A stretch of DNA of 64,000 nucleotides from Mycobacterium sp. (GCF_035570115.1 NZ_DATMLH010000240.1:17529-81528), one strand, 5' to 3'; positions 8,626-20,094 are shown, counted from the first letter of the stretch. The notes: a model not told the origin generated them from the sequence alone. Made by a program: numbers and translations.

Positions 8626-9270
8626 ATGACCCTGAACCTTTCTTTTGACGAAGTCCTCACCACCACTCGCTCGGTCCGCAAGCGCCTCGATTTCGACAAG
8701 CCGGTATCCCGCGACGTGCTGATGGAATGCCTCGAATTGGCGCTGCAGGCGCCCACCGGTTCCAACTCGCAGGGGTGGCAGTGGGTGTTCGTGGAGGACC
8801 CCGACAAGAAAAAGGCTATCGGTGAGATTTACCTGGCCAATGGTCGGAGGTACCTCAGCTCGCCGTCAGCCGAATACCCCGATGGCGACACCCGCGGGGA
8901 GCGAATGGGTGCGGTCAGGGATTCCGCGACCTACCTCGCCGAGCACATGCATGAGGCACCGGTTCTGCTGATCCCCTGCATCGAGGGCCGGGAGGACTCG
9001 TCGCCGCTGGGCGGTGCCTCGTTCTGGGCGTCGCTGTTCCCGGCGGTCTGGAGTTTCTGTCTCGCGCTGCGCTCCCGCGGCCTGGGCTCCTGCTGGACGA
9101 CGCTGCACCTGGTTCGCGACGGCGAGAAAAAGGCGGCCGAGGTGCTGGGCATTCCGTACGAGCAGTACAGCCAGGGTGGGCTGTTTCCGATCGCCTACAC
9201 CAAAGGCACCGATTTCCGGCCGGCCAAGCGGTTGCCCGCCGAGAGCCTCACGCACTGGGACAGCTGGTAA
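8626..9270 (+). CDS. Nitroreductase family protein (Rv3368c-like)
   Basis: TTTRSVRKRL, APTGSNSQGW, RSRGLGSCWTT. Confidence 0.92.
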   Translation: MTLNLSFDEVLTTTRSVRKRLDFDKPVSRDVLMECLELALQAPTGSNSQGWQWVFVEDPDKKKAIGEIYLANGRRYLSSPSAEYPDGDTRGERMGAVRDSATYLAEHMHEAPVLLIPCIEGREDSSPLGGASFWASLFPAVWSFCLALRSRGLGSCWTTLHLVRDGEKKAAEVLGIPYEQYSQGGLFPIAYTKGTDFRPAKRLPAESLTHWDSW

Positions 9271-9735
9271 TCAGACCGCCCCGGCGAACCCGTGCTGGCG
9301 CCACGCCTCGTACACGGCGACCGCGGCGGCGTTGGCCAAGTTGAGTGAGCGCCGTCCGGCCAGCATGGGGATGCGGATGCGGTCGGTGATGTGAACGTCG
9401 GCCAGGGTGGTCGCGTCCAGGCCGGTGGGCTCGGGGCCGAACATCAACACGTCGCCGGCCTGATAGCGCACGTCGGTGAACAACGACGTCGCATGCGCGG
9501 TAAAGGCGAACACCCGCTGCGGTGACAGCACCTTCCAGGCGGCATCCAGTGACGAGTGCACGGTGACCGACGCCAGGTCGTGATAGTCGAGCCCGGCTCG
9601 GCGCAGCTTGGGTTCGGACAGGTCGAAGCCGAGCGGCTCGACGAGATGCAGTTCGGCGCCGGTGGCCGCCGCAGTCCGGATTGCATTGCCCGTATTGGGC
9701 GCGATACGCGGCGAGTAGAACAGCAGCCGGAACAT
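9271..9735 (-). CDS. trmL: tRNA (cytidine(34)-2'-O)-methyltransferase, SpoU/TrmL
   Basis: PRIAPNTGNAIR, RRAGLDY, FGPEPTGL, RSLNLANAAAV. Confidence 0.93.
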   Translation of the reverse strand: MFRLLFYSPRIAPNTGNAIRTAAATGAELHLVEPLGFDLSEPKLRRAGLDYHDLASVTVHSSLDAAWKVLSPQRVFAFTAHATSLFTDVRYQAGDVLMFGPEPTGLDATTLADVHITDRIRIPMLAGRRSLNLANAAAVAVYEAWRQHGFAGAV

Positions 9736-9981
9736 CTGTCGATCATGACAGCTGTCGTTAGAGAATTTGCTCGGCTATCCTTTGCGGTGTCTGGCGGAAG
9801 TCGGCTGACTCTGTCTGTTCAGTAAGAATTGTGGTTTCCACAGCCGCAGGCTGGCATACTCGCAGAATTGCCAGGCGTATATCACCCGCCCGTCACTGTG
9901 GGTGTAATCAGCAGGAAGTCTCATGAACGACGCGCCAACACTGCATATCAGCGGAGCGGTCACCAGCACGGACGTCGTCCG

Positions 9982-12798
9982 GTGACCATGCTTGCCCGCG
10001 CCAGGCGGGCGATTCTGCCGACCAAAAGTGACACCGCAGACGGCAACGGCGCCGAGTCCTCAACGGTGAAACGGCCGGCCTCATGGTCGCTACGCAATTG
10101 GCCGGTGCGGTGGAAAGTCGTAGCCATTGTGGTGGTGCCTTTGGTGCTGGCGATGGTTTTCGGGGGATTCCGTATCGCGGGCGCGCTGACCGATGCGCAC
10201 GACCTCCGCTTAGCTGCCGATCGCGTCGAGGTGGTTCCGGCCATTACCAAATACATGTCGGCGCTTGATGTCGCATTGCTGGCGACCTCTACCGGGGGCG
10301 ACGTCGAGGGTGTGAAGAAGAATTACGACGCCCGCAAACACGAGCTGCAGGCCCGGCTGGCGGAAACAGACGTTGCCGCCGATGTCGGAGCAGGGGTCAA
10401 CGCCATGCTCAACGGTGGGCAGGCGTTGCTGGACAGCGTCGCGTCGAACAACATCGGTTTGCGGCAGCGGGTGACCACCTACGCTCCCATCTTGCTGACC
10501 GCCGAGAACGCGGTGGACGGATCGGTACGCGTCGACGACGTGAAGATCCGCGCCGCGGCGCAGGGACTGAGCCGCGCGATCGGGGCCCGCGGCCAGATGA
10601 TGATGCAGCAGCTGCTGATCACCCGGGGCGCCGACCTGCCCGAACCCGAGCTGCGCACGTCGATGATCACTCTGGCCGGCACCGAGCCGTCGACGCTGTT
10701 CGGGATGGCTGAGGTGCTTGGTGTCGGCTCAGCGGAAGCCAAGACGCTGCAACAGCAGATGGTGACCCGGATGGCGATCATGTCCGATCCGGCCACTCTG
10801 CTTGTCAACAACCCGGCACTGCTCCACTCGGTGCAGACCACCGACGCGATCGCCGCCCAGGTGATCAAAGACACCAGCGCATTGGTGACGAAATCCGTGG
10901 AGGACCAGGCCCGCGATCGGCGCGATGCCGCGATCCGCGACACCGTCGTCGTGCTGGGGGCCATCATCGCCGCACTCGCGATCGTGCTGGTGGTGGCCCG
11001 CTCGCTGATCCAGCCGCTGCGCGTGCTGCGCGACAGCGCTCTGAAGGTCGCCCACGAAGACCTCGAGCGCGAGATCACCCGCGCCCGGGCCGGCGACGAA
11101 CCGCCGCCCGAGCCGCTGCCGATCCACACCACCGAAGAAATCGGCCAGGTCGCGCACGCGGTCGACGAATTGCACACCCAGGCGTTGCTCTTGGCCGGTG
11201 ACGAGGCCCGACTGCGGGTGTTGGTCAACGACATGTTCGAGACCATGTCACGGCGCAACCGTTCACTGGTCGACCAGCAGCTTTCGCTCATCGACCGGCT
11301 GGAGCGCAACGAGGAGGATCCCGATCGGCTCGACAGTCTGTTCCGCCTGGACCACCTGGCCGCCCGGATGCGCCGCAACGGTGCCAACCTGCTGGTGCTG
11401 GCGAGCGCGCAGAGCTTGCGGGGAGAGCAACGCGGACCGGTGCCGTTGTCGTCGGCGATCAATGCCGCCACCTCCGAGGTTGAGGACTACCGGCGAGTGG
11501 AAACGTCGATGGTGCCCGACTGCACGATCACCGGCGTAGCCTCCGGCGATATCGTTCATCTCCTCGCCGAGTTGATCGACAACGGGTTGCGCTACTCACC
11601 GCCCGCGTCGCCAGTCCGGGTTTCCGCCTCACGGCGCAGCGACGGCGCGGTTCTGCTCGAGATCGTCGACGCCGGGTTGGGCATGACCGACGGCGACCGG
11701 CGCATCGCCAACATGCGACTGCGGGCCGGTGGAGAAGTCACTCCCGACAGTGCCCGCCACATGGGTCTTTTCGTGGTGGGCCGGCTGGCCAACCGGCACA
11801 GTATCCGGGTGCGGCTGCGCGGTTCGTCGATCGAGCAGGCGCGATCGGGTACCACGGCCGAGGTGTACCTGCCATCGACGGTGCTGACCGGCGCAGACGG
11901 TGGCGACGTTGCGCCGCGCCGGACCGCGGCGGCACACCCCGCCGCGTCGGCAGCCACCGACCAGCCGGCCGTTGCCGCGGATTACGGCGACTCGGTAGAC
12001 CTTGCTGCGCTGGCCGACGCTACAGAGCGCAACGGCTCCCATTCGACCGAATCACCGATCACCTTGCTGCCGCGCCGCAGGCCGGGATCCAGCGGCATCA
12101 CCGGTGTCCCGGCTGACCCGCCGGATCGGCCGTTGCAGCACGAGCCAGCCCTGCGCCGGCCAGAAGAAGCAGTCGAGCAGACTGCGGAACTCCCTGCGGC
12201 GCAACCCGTTTCAAATACGTCGTCGTTCTTCGGCTCGCGGGTTCGATTCGCCCGGCAGCAGCATCCCAAAGCCGAGCCGATCGCGCCGGAGCCGGCAGCA
12301 GAGTTCGATGTGCGGGAGGTCGACGAGCCCTGGCCCGCCGAAGCCGCCGCGCCGTCGGGGCATTCGCGGGAGACGGATCTGATTTACCAGCGGATGCTCT
12401 CGGAATGGCTGGTCGACCCGCACGATCTGGCACGCAGCGCCGACCTCGATTGGAAGTCGGTTTGGGACCACGGTTGGTCGGCGGCCGCCGAGGTCGACAA
12501 CGTGCCCGTGCAGGCCCACACCGACCATGGCCTGCCGGTGCGTGACCCCGGCGCCCGGCTGGTGCCGGGTGGCGCCGGGCCCGATCAGAACGGCATCGCG
12601 GGCGTCGCACACCACCGGGCCGACGAGGACAACGGAGCGGCACCGAACGGAGGATTCCATTCCAGACGCAAGCCCGCACACGAGGCAGCGGTGCGGGACC
12701 CAGAGGCGATCCGCGCCTCGATGAGTAGCCATTTCGGCGGCGTTCGTGCAGGACGATCGCATGCCCGCGACACAGATCAAGGATCCGATCACGAATGA
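9982..12798 (+). CDS. Conservon membrane sensor, histidine-kinase-like (Rv3365c-like)
   Basis: Two TM helices, [18 protein letters not shown], HATPase-like [12 protein letters not shown] and DAGLGM. Start set at GTG 9982. Confidence 0.9.
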   Translation: MTMLARARRAILPTKSDTADGNGAESSTVKRPASWSLRNWPVRWKVVAIVVVPLVLAMVFGGFRIAGALTDAHDLRLAADRVEVVPAITKYMSALDVALLATSTGGDVEGVKKNYDARKHELQARLAETDVAADVGAGVNAMLNGGQALLDSVASNNIGLRQRVTTYAPILLTAENAVDGSVRVDDVKIRAAAQGLSRAIGARGQMMMQQLLITRGADLPEPELRTSMITLAGTEPSTLFGMAEVLGVGSAEAKTLQQQMVTRMAIMSDPATLLVNNPALLHSVQTTDAIAAQVIKDTSALVTKSVEDQARDRRDAAIRDTVVVLGAIIAALAIVLVVARSLIQPLRVLRDSALKVAHEDLEREITRARAGDEPPPEPLPIHTTEEIGQVAHAVDELHTQALLLAGDEARLRVLVNDMFETMSRRNRSLVDQQLSLIDRLERNEEDPDRLDSLFRLDHLAARMRRNGANLLVLASAQSLRGEQRGPVPLSSAINAATSEVEDYRRVETSMVPDCTITGVASGDIVHLLAELIDNGLRYSPPASPVRVSASRRSDGAVLLEIVDAGLGMTDGDRRIANMRLRAGGEVTPDSARHMGLFVVGRLANRHSIRVRLRGSSIEQARSGTTAEVYLPSTVLTGADGGDVAPRRTAAAHPAASAATDQPAVAADYGDSVDLAALADATERNGSHSTESPITLLPRRRPGSSGITGVPADPPDRPLQHEPALRRPEEAVEQTAELPAAQPVSNTSSFFGSRVRFARQQHPKAEPIAPEPAAEFDVREVDEPWPAEAAAPSGHSRETDLIYQRMLSEWLVDPHDLARSADLDWKSVWDHGWSAAAEVDNVPVQAHTDHGLPVRDPGARLVPGGAGPDQNGIAGVAHHRADEDNGAAPNGGFHSRRKPAHEAAVRDPEAIRASMSSHFGGVRAGRSHARDTDQGSDHE

Positions 12799-13223
12799 CT
12801 TCTGCTTTCGATGCCTACGATTCAGCCCGCTCGGACAACTCCATGGATTGGCTGGTGTCGAGCTTCGCCCGCGAGGTTCCCGGGGTGACGCACGCTGTGC
12901 TGGTATCCGTCGACGGGCTGCTGATCGCGGCCAGCGAGCACCTGCCGCGGGAGCGGGCGGACCAGCTTGCCGCGGTGTCGTCGGGGCTGGCGAGCTTGGC
13001 CACCGGCGCCGCGCAGTTGTTTGACGGCGGCGAGGTGCTGCAGTCTGTGGTCGAGATGGAAAACGGCTACCTGTTGTTGATGCGGGTCGGTGACGGCTCG
13101 CATCTGGCAACGCTGGCTGCGACGTCGTGTGACATCGGTCAGATTGGCTACGAAATGGCCGTCCTTGTCGAACGGGTGGGGAACGTCGTCCAGTCGACGC
13201 GACGTGCTCCTACACACTCGTGA
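12795..13223 (+). CDS. Roadblock/LC7 domain protein (Rv3364c-like)
   Basis: [31 protein letters not shown]; ATGA overlap with the upstream gene. Confidence 0.92.
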   Translation: MTSAFDAYDSARSDNSMDWLVSSFAREVPGVTHAVLVSVDGLLIAASEHLPRERADQLAAVSSGLASLATGAAQLFDGGEVLQSVVEMENGYLLLMRVGDGSHLATLAATSCDIGQIGYEMAVLVERVGNVVQSTRRAPTHS

Positions 13224-13229
13224 GCCGCG

Positions 13230-13622
13230 ATGGACAGTCGCGAGTCAGAGGGGCCACTGGGGGCTCAGCCACCCGCAGCTGAGGCGAGCCTGGTCCGTCC
13301 GTACACCCTGACGGCCGGACGGACCAAGGCGAGCGTCGAGCTGCCGCTGGAAGCGCCGGTGCAGACGCTGCAGTCGGCGCTGTATCACCGGTGGCCACCC
13401 AACGACGTGCGAGGCAGGATCGTCCAACTGTGTGTCAAGAGCCCATCCGTGGCCGAGATCTCCGCTCGGTTGGATTTACCACTCGGTGTCACGCGCGTGT
13501 TGGTCGGCGATCTGGTGACTTCGGGTTACCTTCGGGTGAACCAGACGTTGACCGAACGCTCGACCCGCGATGAACGCCGCGAACTGATAGGAAGGACGCT
13601 CCGTGGCCTACGAGCCCTCTGA
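13230..13622 (+). CDS. DUF742 protein (Rv3363c-like)
   Basis: LVRPYTLTAGRT, SVAEISARLDLPLGVTRVLVGDL. Confidence 0.9.
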   Translation: MDSRESEGPLGAQPPAAEASLVRPYTLTAGRTKASVELPLEAPVQTLQSALYHRWPPNDVRGRIVQLCVKSPSVAEISARLDLPLGVTRVLVGDLVTSGYLRVNQTLTERSTRDERRELIGRTLRGLRAL

Positions 13623-14208
13623 GGGAGAGGCCCAACCGCATCCCAACCCGCGAAATACCGCGTCGACGAAGATCGTCATCGCGGGAGGGTTCGGCGCCGG
13701 TAAGACGACGTTCGTCGGCGCGGTTTCGGAGATCATGCCACTGCGAACCGAGGCGATGGTCACCGACGCGTCGGCCGGCGTCGACATGGTGGAGGCCACG
13801 CCGGATAAACGGACCACCACGGTAGCGATGGACTTCGGCCGTATCACGTTGGACGAGGATCTGGTGCTCTACCTGTTCGGCACTCCGGGGCAGCGCCGAT
13901 TCTGGTTCATGTGGGATGACCTGGTACGCGGCGCGATCGGCGCGGTCGTCCTGGTGGACATCCGGCGCCTGCAGGACAGCTTCGCCGCGGTCGACTTCTT
14001 CGAACACCGCCAGCTGCCATTCCTTATCGCGGTCAACGAATTCGATGGCGCGCCGAGGTATCCCGTCGCCGAGGTGCGTAAGGCGCTGACCCTGGCCGAA
14101 CACGTCCCGGTGATCAACATCGATGCCCGCGACCGTAGATCGGCGACCGATGCGCTGATCGCGGTCAGCGAATACGCCCTGGCGAACCTGACGCCCGCCG
14201 GCGGCTGA
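13603..14208 (+). CDS. Small GTPase (Rv3362c/MfpB-like)
   Basis: P-loop GGFGAGKTT, TTTVAMDFG, FGTPGQ. Confidence 0.92.
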   Translation: MAYEPSEGEAQPHPNPRNTASTKIVIAGGFGAGKTTFVGAVSEIMPLRTEAMVTDASAGVDMVEATPDKRTTTVAMDFGRITLDEDLVLYLFGTPGQRRFWFMWDDLVRGAIGAVVLVDIRRLQDSFAAVDFFEHRQLPFLIAVNEFDGAPRYPVAEVRKALTLAEHVPVINIDARDRRSATDALIAVSEYALANLTPAGG

Positions 14209-14221
14209 ATGCTGTTGGCGC

Positions 14222-16855
14222 TCAGCGCTTGAGGCGGATGTTCCAGCGTACGTAGCCGGCGTAAAACAGCGACAGAGCCGCGAGCATCGCCATGTCGAAG
14301 AGGTATATGTGCTTCGAGTGCTGCCAGATCGGGTCGTTGGTCGGAATTTGCTTGACCTTGACCAGGTCCGGGAAGTCGATCGACGACGCTCCCGCGGCGT
14401 AACCCCACCGTCCGGGCGTCACCCAGGACAGCTGATTAAGCCCCGCCCGGCCGGTCACCGGGATCATTCCGCCGGCGAGCACCAGCTGCGACATGATCGA
14501 CACCACCAGCAGCGGCATGATCTGTTCGTTGGACTGCGCCACCGCCGACAACATCAGGCCCAGGATCGCCGAGGCGACGCAGGTGCCGGCGACGGTGACG
14601 AACAGAGAGAATGTCGAGCTGTCGAAGAACGGGGGATGCGCTGTGGGCGCACCCTTTCCGAGCCTGACGATGAACGTCGCGATCGCCGCCTGGGCGGTCG
14701 CGAAAACAAAGAAGATAAAGACCTTCGCCAGCAGGTAGGCCGTGGTGGACAGGCCAACCGCCTGTTCTCTTCGGAAGATCGGACGCTCGCCGATCAGGTC
14801 GCGGATGGTCAATGCCGTACCCATGAAGACGGCGCCGATGTTGAGCAGCACCATGATGTACTGCGGCTGGGTTGGCGCGAGGCCGAGCGGGTCGGCGGGG
14901 CCGAGCCCCGGTTTGGGGCCTTTCACGGTCAGCGACAGCGCACCGATCAGGAACGGCAGTATCGCAAGGAACACCGAGTAGCCGCGATCGGAGATGACGA
15001 GTCGGACCTGACGGCGCGCAATCGTGGAGAACTGGCGGACCAGGTCGGTGTGTACCGGTTCGCCCAAGTCTGCCGGGCTTTCCGGAGCCGGTCTTGCTTC
15101 GGAATATCTTCTGCCGTCGCGCTCCATGAAGCGCCGGTTGGCTTCGTCCGGCTCGGCGCCCACGTTGGCGAAGATGTCCGCCCAGTTGGTGGTACCCAAC
15201 GCCGCACCGACCTGGCTGGGCGGCCCGTTGAACGCGGTCTTGCCGCCGGGTGCGATGAGCAGGATCTGGTCGCAGACGTCGAGATAGGACACCGAGTGCG
15301 TGACCACCAGCACCACACGGCCGGCGTCGGCGAGCTGCCGCAACATCAGCATGACTTGACGGTCCAGCGCCGGGTCCAGACCGGACGTCGGCTCGTCGAG
15401 GAGCAGCAGCGACGGCTGGGTGAGTAGCTCCAGGGCCACCGACGCGCGTTTACGCTGGCCACCGGAGAGTTTGTCCACCCGGGTGTCGGCGTGTTTGGTC
15501 AGGTCGAGTTCCTCGAGCACCTGCGCGACCACCTGGGCGCGCTCTTGCTTGCTGGTGTCGGGCGGTAGCCGCAGCTCGGCGGCGTAGCCGAGGGCCTGGT
15601 TCACCGTCAGTTGGCGGTGCACCACATCGTCCTGGGGGACCATCCCGATCCTGCTGCGCATGGTCGCGTACTCGGCGTGGATGTTGTGACCCTCGAAGGT
15701 GACCGAACCGGCGCTGGGGCGGGTGTACCCGGCGATCAGCCGCGACAGTGTGGTCTTGCCCGCGCCGGACCCCCCGATGATCGCGGTGAGCGTGCCCGGC
15801 CGGGCAGTCAGAGAGATGTTGTCCAGCAGTTCCTTGCCGTCGATCTTGAAGTGAACGCCGTTGACCTCCAGCCCGCCGGTGCGGGTGGCGGCTTCGGTGC
15901 GGCGGATCAGGATGCCGCCGGTGAAAACTAGGTCGACGTTGCCGATCGTGATCACGTCGCCTTCGTTCAGCACCGCCGAACCGACGCGCACGCCGTTGAC
16001 GAACGTGCCGTTGACGCTGTGGGCGTCGCGGATTTCGGTGCCGAGCGGGGACTGAACCAAGAACGCGTGGTGGCGCGACGCGAGCACATCCTGGATGACG
16101 ATGTCGTTGTCGTTGGCGCGACCGATGGTGGCAGATCCCGGCGGCTTCTCCGGTGTGCCGGAGCCGGGGAGAATCGCCTGGATCATCTTGGTGGCGAGGT
16201 TGCCCGTCTCGGGCTTGCTGGTCGCCCGGGCCAGCTGAGGTTTCGGCAGCAGCTTCGGCGGCGCTGAACTGGCACCGCTCAGCTGGCTCGGGATTTGCCG
16301 GTTCGGCGGCGGTGGTCGGTGCGGCGAGCTGGACGGATAGCCCGGTGGCCGCTGACCTCCGGCGCCCTGGTACATCGGCTGTGGTGGTGCCGGGGGGCCG
16401 CCCGGATGGGGCCGCGGTGGTCCGGCTCCCTGGGGCCGGGGCGCGCCCGCCGGGCGTGCCGGCTGCGGGGGAGCCGACCGGACGCCGGCTGACGGTTGGA
16501 CGATGGGCATTGACGCGGTTTGCGGCGGCCGGCCGGCAGGCCCGACGTGGTGACCGACCTCGAAAGCAAGCTTCGGCCCGTCGGGATTGCCGATGTTGAC
16601 GATCTGGCCGTCGTGGATGTCGACCACCGGCACCCGACGCCCGTTGACGTAGGTTCCGTTCAACGAACCGTTGTCGATGGCGAGCCAACGCCCCTGCTCG
16701 AAGCGCAGCAGCAGATGCGCACGCGAGATGAGTGGATGAGTGATGCGCATGTCGGCGCGCAGATCGCGCCCGACTACCACGTCATGACCTGCGGCGAAGG
16801 TGCGTTGAGATCCGTCGTATCGGACGGTCAGCACGGGCGGTGCTGCTTGACTCAT
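14222..16855 (-). CDS. FHA-FHA ABC transporter (Rv1747-like)
   Basis: Two FHA domains (GR..SR.H..NGT), Pro-rich linker, Walker A GGSGAGKTT, LSGGQ, ABC2 membrane domain. Confidence 0.93.
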   Translation of the reverse strand: MSQAAPPVLTVRYDGSQRTFAAGHDVVVGRDLRADMRITHPLISRAHLLLRFEQGRWLAIDNGSLNGTYVNGRRVPVVDIHDGQIVNIGNPDGPKLAFEVGHHVGPAGRPPQTASMPIVQPSAGVRSAPPQPARPAGAPRPQGAGPPRPHPGGPPAPPQPMYQGAGGQRPPGYPSSSPHRPPPPNRQIPSQLSGASSAPPKLLPKPQLARATSKPETGNLATKMIQAILPGSGTPEKPPGSATIGRANDNDIVIQDVLASRHHAFLVQSPLGTEIRDAHSVNGTFVNGVRVGSAVLNEGDVITIGNVDLVFTGGILIRRTEAATRTGGLEVNGVHFKIDGKELLDNISLTARPGTLTAIIGGSGAGKTTLSRLIAGYTRPSAGSVTFEGHNIHAEYATMRSRIGMVPQDDVVHRQLTVNQALGYAAELRLPPDTSKQERAQVVAQVLEELDLTKHADTRVDKLSGGQRKRASVALELLTQPSLLLLDEPTSGLDPALDRQVMLMLRQLADAGRVVLVVTHSVSYLDVCDQILLIAPGGKTAFNGPPSQVGAALGTTNWADIFANVGAEPDEANRRFMERDGRRYSEARPAPESPADLGEPVHTDLVRQFSTIARRQVRLVISDRGYSVFLAILPFLIGALSLTVKGPKPGLGPADPLGLAPTQPQYIMVLLNIGAVFMGTALTIRDLIGERPIFRREQAVGLSTTAYLLAKVFIFFVFATAQAAIATFIVRLGKGAPTAHPPFFDSSTFSLFVTVAGTCVASAILGLMLSAVAQSNEQIMPLLVVSIMSQLVLAGGMIPVTGRAGLNQLSWVTPGRWGYAAGASSIDFPDLVKVKQIPTNDPIWQHSKHIYLFDMAMLAALSLFYAGYVRWNIRLKR

Positions 16856-16935
16856 CGCCCCAACCTTAGCTGCTTGGCTCACTGCACCGACTGTATCGGC
16901 TGCCGCACAATTGGCTCCGAGCGACACGAACCCTT

Positions 16936-17021
16936 AGGCCGTCCCGGCCTGCATCGTCGGCGGGCCGGAGCTGATTGCCCGCCTCCTCCTCAGGCCGTCC
17001 CGGCCTGCATCGTCGGCGGGC
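16936..17021. repeat. MIRU-like repeat: 30-bp unit twice, period 56
   Basis: aggccgtcccggcctgcatcgtcggcgggc at 16936 and 16992. Confidence 0.85.
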
Positions 17022-18216
17022 GGTCGGGGGCGCCGGTGACGACGCAGCGGGTGCGACTGTAGATGGTTGGCATGCATCGGTTGCAGTGCGTACACGCCGA
17101 ATGCACGGTGTGCGCGGCCCCGTCGGCGGCGATCCGGTTGATCAGATCGGGCTCGGCCAGCAGAGCCCGGCCCATCGCGACGAAGTCGAATCCCTCCGCC
17201 ATGGCCAGGTCCATCGTTTCCCGATTGGTAATGCCGCCCAACAGAATCAGCGGCATCGACAGTTCGGCGCGGAACAGCTTGGCCTCCCGTAACAGATAGG
17301 CCTCACGGTAGGGGTACTCGCGGAGGAACCTCTTGCCCGTCATCCGCATGCCCCAGCGCAGCGGCGGTTTGAAGGCGGCTGCGAATTCCTTGAGCGGAGC
17401 GTCGCCGCGGAACAAATACATCGGATTGACCAGCGAGCTACCCGCGGTGAGTTCGATCGCGTCCAGCCCGCCGTCATCCTGCAGCCATTTCGCGGTGATC
17501 AGCGACTCGTCGGTGCTGATACCGCCGCGGACACCATCGGCCATGTTGAGCTTGGCGGTCACCGCGATCTGAGCCCCGTCTTTCTCGACGGCGCGGCGAA
17601 CGGCCAGCACCATCCCGCGGGCGACCTTGGCGCGGTTCTCCAGCGAGCCACCGAACTCGTCGTTGCGACGGTTGATCAGCGGGCTTAAGAACGAGCTCGC
17701 CAGATAGTTGTGGCCCAAATGGATTTCGACGGCGTCGAATCCCGCCTCGACGGCCAGGCGGGCGGCAGTGGCGTGTGCGGCGATGACGTTGTCGATGTCG
17801 TCACGGGTGGCCTTCTTGGCGAACCGCATGCCGATCGGGTTGAAGAACCGCACCGGGGCCAGGGCGGTGGCTTTGTTAGAGCGGGCATTGGCCACCGGTC
17901 CGGCGTGGCCGATCTGTGCGCTCACCGCGGCGCCCTCGGCGTGGATGGCTTCGGTGAGCCGGCGGAACCCGGGCACGGCCTCCGGGCGCATCCAGATCCC
18001 GTTGCCTTCGGTGCGGCCACCCTGGGAGACCGCGCAATAGGCGACCGTGGTCATGCCGACGCCGCCGGCGGCCGGCAGTCGGTGGTACTCGATGAGGTCG
18101 TCGGTCACCAGTGCGTTGGGCGTTCGTGCCTCGAAAGTCGCCGACTTGATGGTGCGGTTGCGCAGGGTGATCGGGCCCAGCTTGGCTGGGCTCAGGACGT
18201 CCGGGGGGCTAGACAT
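16990..18216 (-). CDS. NADH:flavin oxidoreductase, OYE family (Rv3359-like)
   Basis: LRNRTIKSAT, GFDAVEIHLGHNYL, RNDEFGGSLENRAK. Start ATG 18216. Confidence 0.92.
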   Translation of the reverse strand: MSSPPDVLSPAKLGPITLRNRTIKSATFEARTPNALVTDDLIEYHRLPAAGGVGMTTVAYCAVSQGGRTEGNGIWMRPEAVPGFRRLTEAIHAEGAAVSAQIGHAGPVANARSNKATALAPVRFFNPIGMRFAKKATRDDIDNVIAAHATAARLAVEAGFDAVEIHLGHNYLASSFLSPLINRRNDEFGGSLENRAKVARGMVLAVRRAVEKDGAQIAVTAKLNMADGVRGGISTDESLITAKWLQDDGGLDAIELTAGSSLVNPMYLFRGDAPLKEFAAAFKPPLRWGMRMTGKRFLREYPYREAYLLREAKLFRAELSMPLILLGGITNRETMDLAMAEGFDFVAMGRALLAEPDLINRIAADGAAHTVHSACTHCNRCMPTIYSRTRCVVTGAPDRPPTMQAGTA

Positions 18217-18228
18217 ACCGGGAGCGTA

Positions 18229-18323
18229 ACGGCGATCGCAAGCGCGGCGGAGCCGGGCGCGGCGGGTCGCCGTCATCTGGCCACGCGCGCGGGGGGTCGC
18301 CGTCATCTGGCCACGCGCGCGGG
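18229..18323. repeat. Mycobacterial intergenic repeat with a 30-bp tandem duplication
   Basis: gggtcgccgtcatctggccacgcgcgcggg twice (18264-18323). A related ggcgatcgcaag element lies at about 27125-27167. Confidence 0.8.
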
Positions 18324-18341
18324 CATGCCAGACTGTGAGGC

Positions 18342-19187
18342 GTGGGTGCGATCACGTTGGACGGCAAAGTCACGCGCGACGAGATCTTCGTCGACCTGAA
18401 GCAACGAGTGGCGGGGTTGACTGCTGCCGGGCGGACGCCCGGCCTGGGCACGATTCTCGTCGGCGATGACCCGGGGTCGCAGGCCTACGTCCGCGGAAAG
18501 CATTCCGACTGCGCCAAGGTCGGCATCACCTCGCTGCGCCGCGACCTGCCCGCCGACATCAGCCACGCGAAGCTCAACGAAACCATCGACGAACTCAACG
18601 CCAATCCCGAATGCACCGGTTACATCGTGCAGTTGCCGCTGCCGAAACACCTCGACGAGAACGCGGCACTGGAACGCGTCGACCCGGAGAAGGACGCCGA
18701 CGGGTTGCACCCGACCAACCTGGGCCGGTTGGTGCTGGGCACTGCGGCGCCGCTGCCGTGCACCGCACGCGGCATCGTCCACCTGTTGCGGCGCTTCGAC
18801 GTCGAGATCGCCGGGGCGCACGTGGTCGTCCTCGGACGCGGTGTCACGGTCGGTCGTCCACTGGGGCTGATACTGACCCGCCGCTCGGAGAATGCCACTG
18901 TGACCCTGTGTCACACCGGAACTCGTGATCTGCCCGCGCTGACCAAGCAGGCGGACATCATTGTGGCGGCTGTGGGTGTCCCGCATCTGCTGACCGCGGA
19001 CATGGTGCGTCCCGGTGCCGCCGTCGTCGACGTCGGCGTCAGCCGTACCGCCGACGGGCTCGTCGGTGACGTGCATCCGGGTGTGTGGGAGGTCGCCGGT
19101 CACGTATCACCGAATCCCGGTGGCGTCGGCCCGCTGACCCGCGCATTCCTGTTGACGAACGTCGTCGAATTGGCCGAACAGCAATGA
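18342..19187 (+). CDS. folD: Methylene-THF dehydrogenase/cyclohydrolase
   Basis: [22 protein letters not shown]. Confidence 0.96.
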   Translation: MGAITLDGKVTRDEIFVDLKQRVAGLTAAGRTPGLGTILVGDDPGSQAYVRGKHSDCAKVGITSLRRDLPADISHAKLNETIDELNANPECTGYIVQLPLPKHLDENAALERVDPEKDADGLHPTNLGRLVLGTAAPLPCTARGIVHLLRRFDVEIAGAHVVVLGRGVTVGRPLGLILTRRSENATVTLCHTGTRDLPALTKQADIIVAAVGVPHLLTADMVRPGAAVVDVGVSRTADGLVGDVHPGVWEVAGHVSPNPGGVGPLTRAFLLTNVVELAEQQ

Positions 19188-19465
19188 GCTTGCGTCAGCT
19201 GGTCCGCTCGCAATGGCCGATCGTGACGGTAGTGCTGATCTTTTCAGCGGCGTTCACACTGGTTGCGGCGAACTTCTGGCGCCGTGGCGCGCTGCTGATC
19301 GGCATCGGGGTCGGGGTCGCCGCCGTGCTGCGGTTAGCGCTCACCGAAGACCATGCAGGGCTTCTCGTGGTGCGCAGCAAGGGAATTGACTTCGCTACGA
19401 TGTCCCTCGTCGCGGCGAGCATGGGCTATATCGCCTGGACGATCGACCCGCTGGGTACACGCTAG
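19184..19465 (+). CDS. DUF3017 small membrane protein (Rv3355c-like)
   Basis: [17 protein letters not shown]; ATGA overlap with folD. Confidence 0.85.
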   Translation: MSLRQLVRSQWPIVTVVLIFSAAFTLVAANFWRRGALLIGIGVGVAAVLRLALTEDHAGLLVVRSKGIDFATMSLVAASMGYIAWTIDPLGTR

Positions 19466-19890
19466 ATCCCTGGGACCATCCCCGGCATGCCCGGGAATTG
19501 TTGCAAACCAGATACGTTGCCGCCGAGGATGTTTGCCATCTCTTCCGGGCAGTACGTCTGTATCGCGATGGTGGTGAACATCTGGGCCAACTGCGGCGAC
19601 ATGCCTCGGTGGGAGACACCCGACGCGGCAGCGGCGAAGCTACCGCCCGGCTGAGCGAGCATCGGGCAGATCGACTGGCCCACGGCCATCGCGTTTCCTG
19701 GTTCGCCGTACTCGATGCCGGCGTGACTCAGCGCGTCGATGAAGTCGTCGTCGTGCGGGTCTGCCTCCACTGGAGCCGAAAACACTGCGGCCGCGGTGAT
19801 CAGGCAACCGGCGCCCAGTAACAGACGAACGGCCAGTGGTTGGTTGTTCAAGCGCCAAATCAAGCTACGCGTAGTCTCGAGTGTCGCCAT
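19462..19890 (-). CDS. DUF732 secreted protein (Rv3354-like)
   Basis: Signal peptide, DDDFIDAL..AGI, C...YCP. Confidence 0.85.
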   Translation of the reverse strand: MATLETTRSLIWRLNNQPLAVRLLLGAGCLITAAAVFSAPVEADPHDDDFIDALSHAGIEYGEPGNAMAVGQSICPMLAQPGGSFAAAASGVSHRGMSPQLAQMFTTIAIQTYCPEEMANILGGNVSGLQQFPGMPGMVPGI

Positions 19891-20094
19891 GTCCTGCCCC
19901 TAACTTATGGGAGTGCAACCGCGGCACTCAAAGTCCCGGTTAGAACCCTCGTTTACCGCTGTCACGTTTCCAACACGATGGGGTTAAGGTTCGCGTACGT
20001 TTCAGTTCTTACGCCGACACGTCATGCGCCACCACGGTTTTTGTCGCCGCGTAGTTGAGAATGCGGGACGTGACGCAATCGCGGGAACCCGACG

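Noticed and set aside
18217-18306. Repetitive N-terminal extension of the oxidoreductase
   Set aside because: It derives from the intergenic tandem repeat. The real start is probably 18216.
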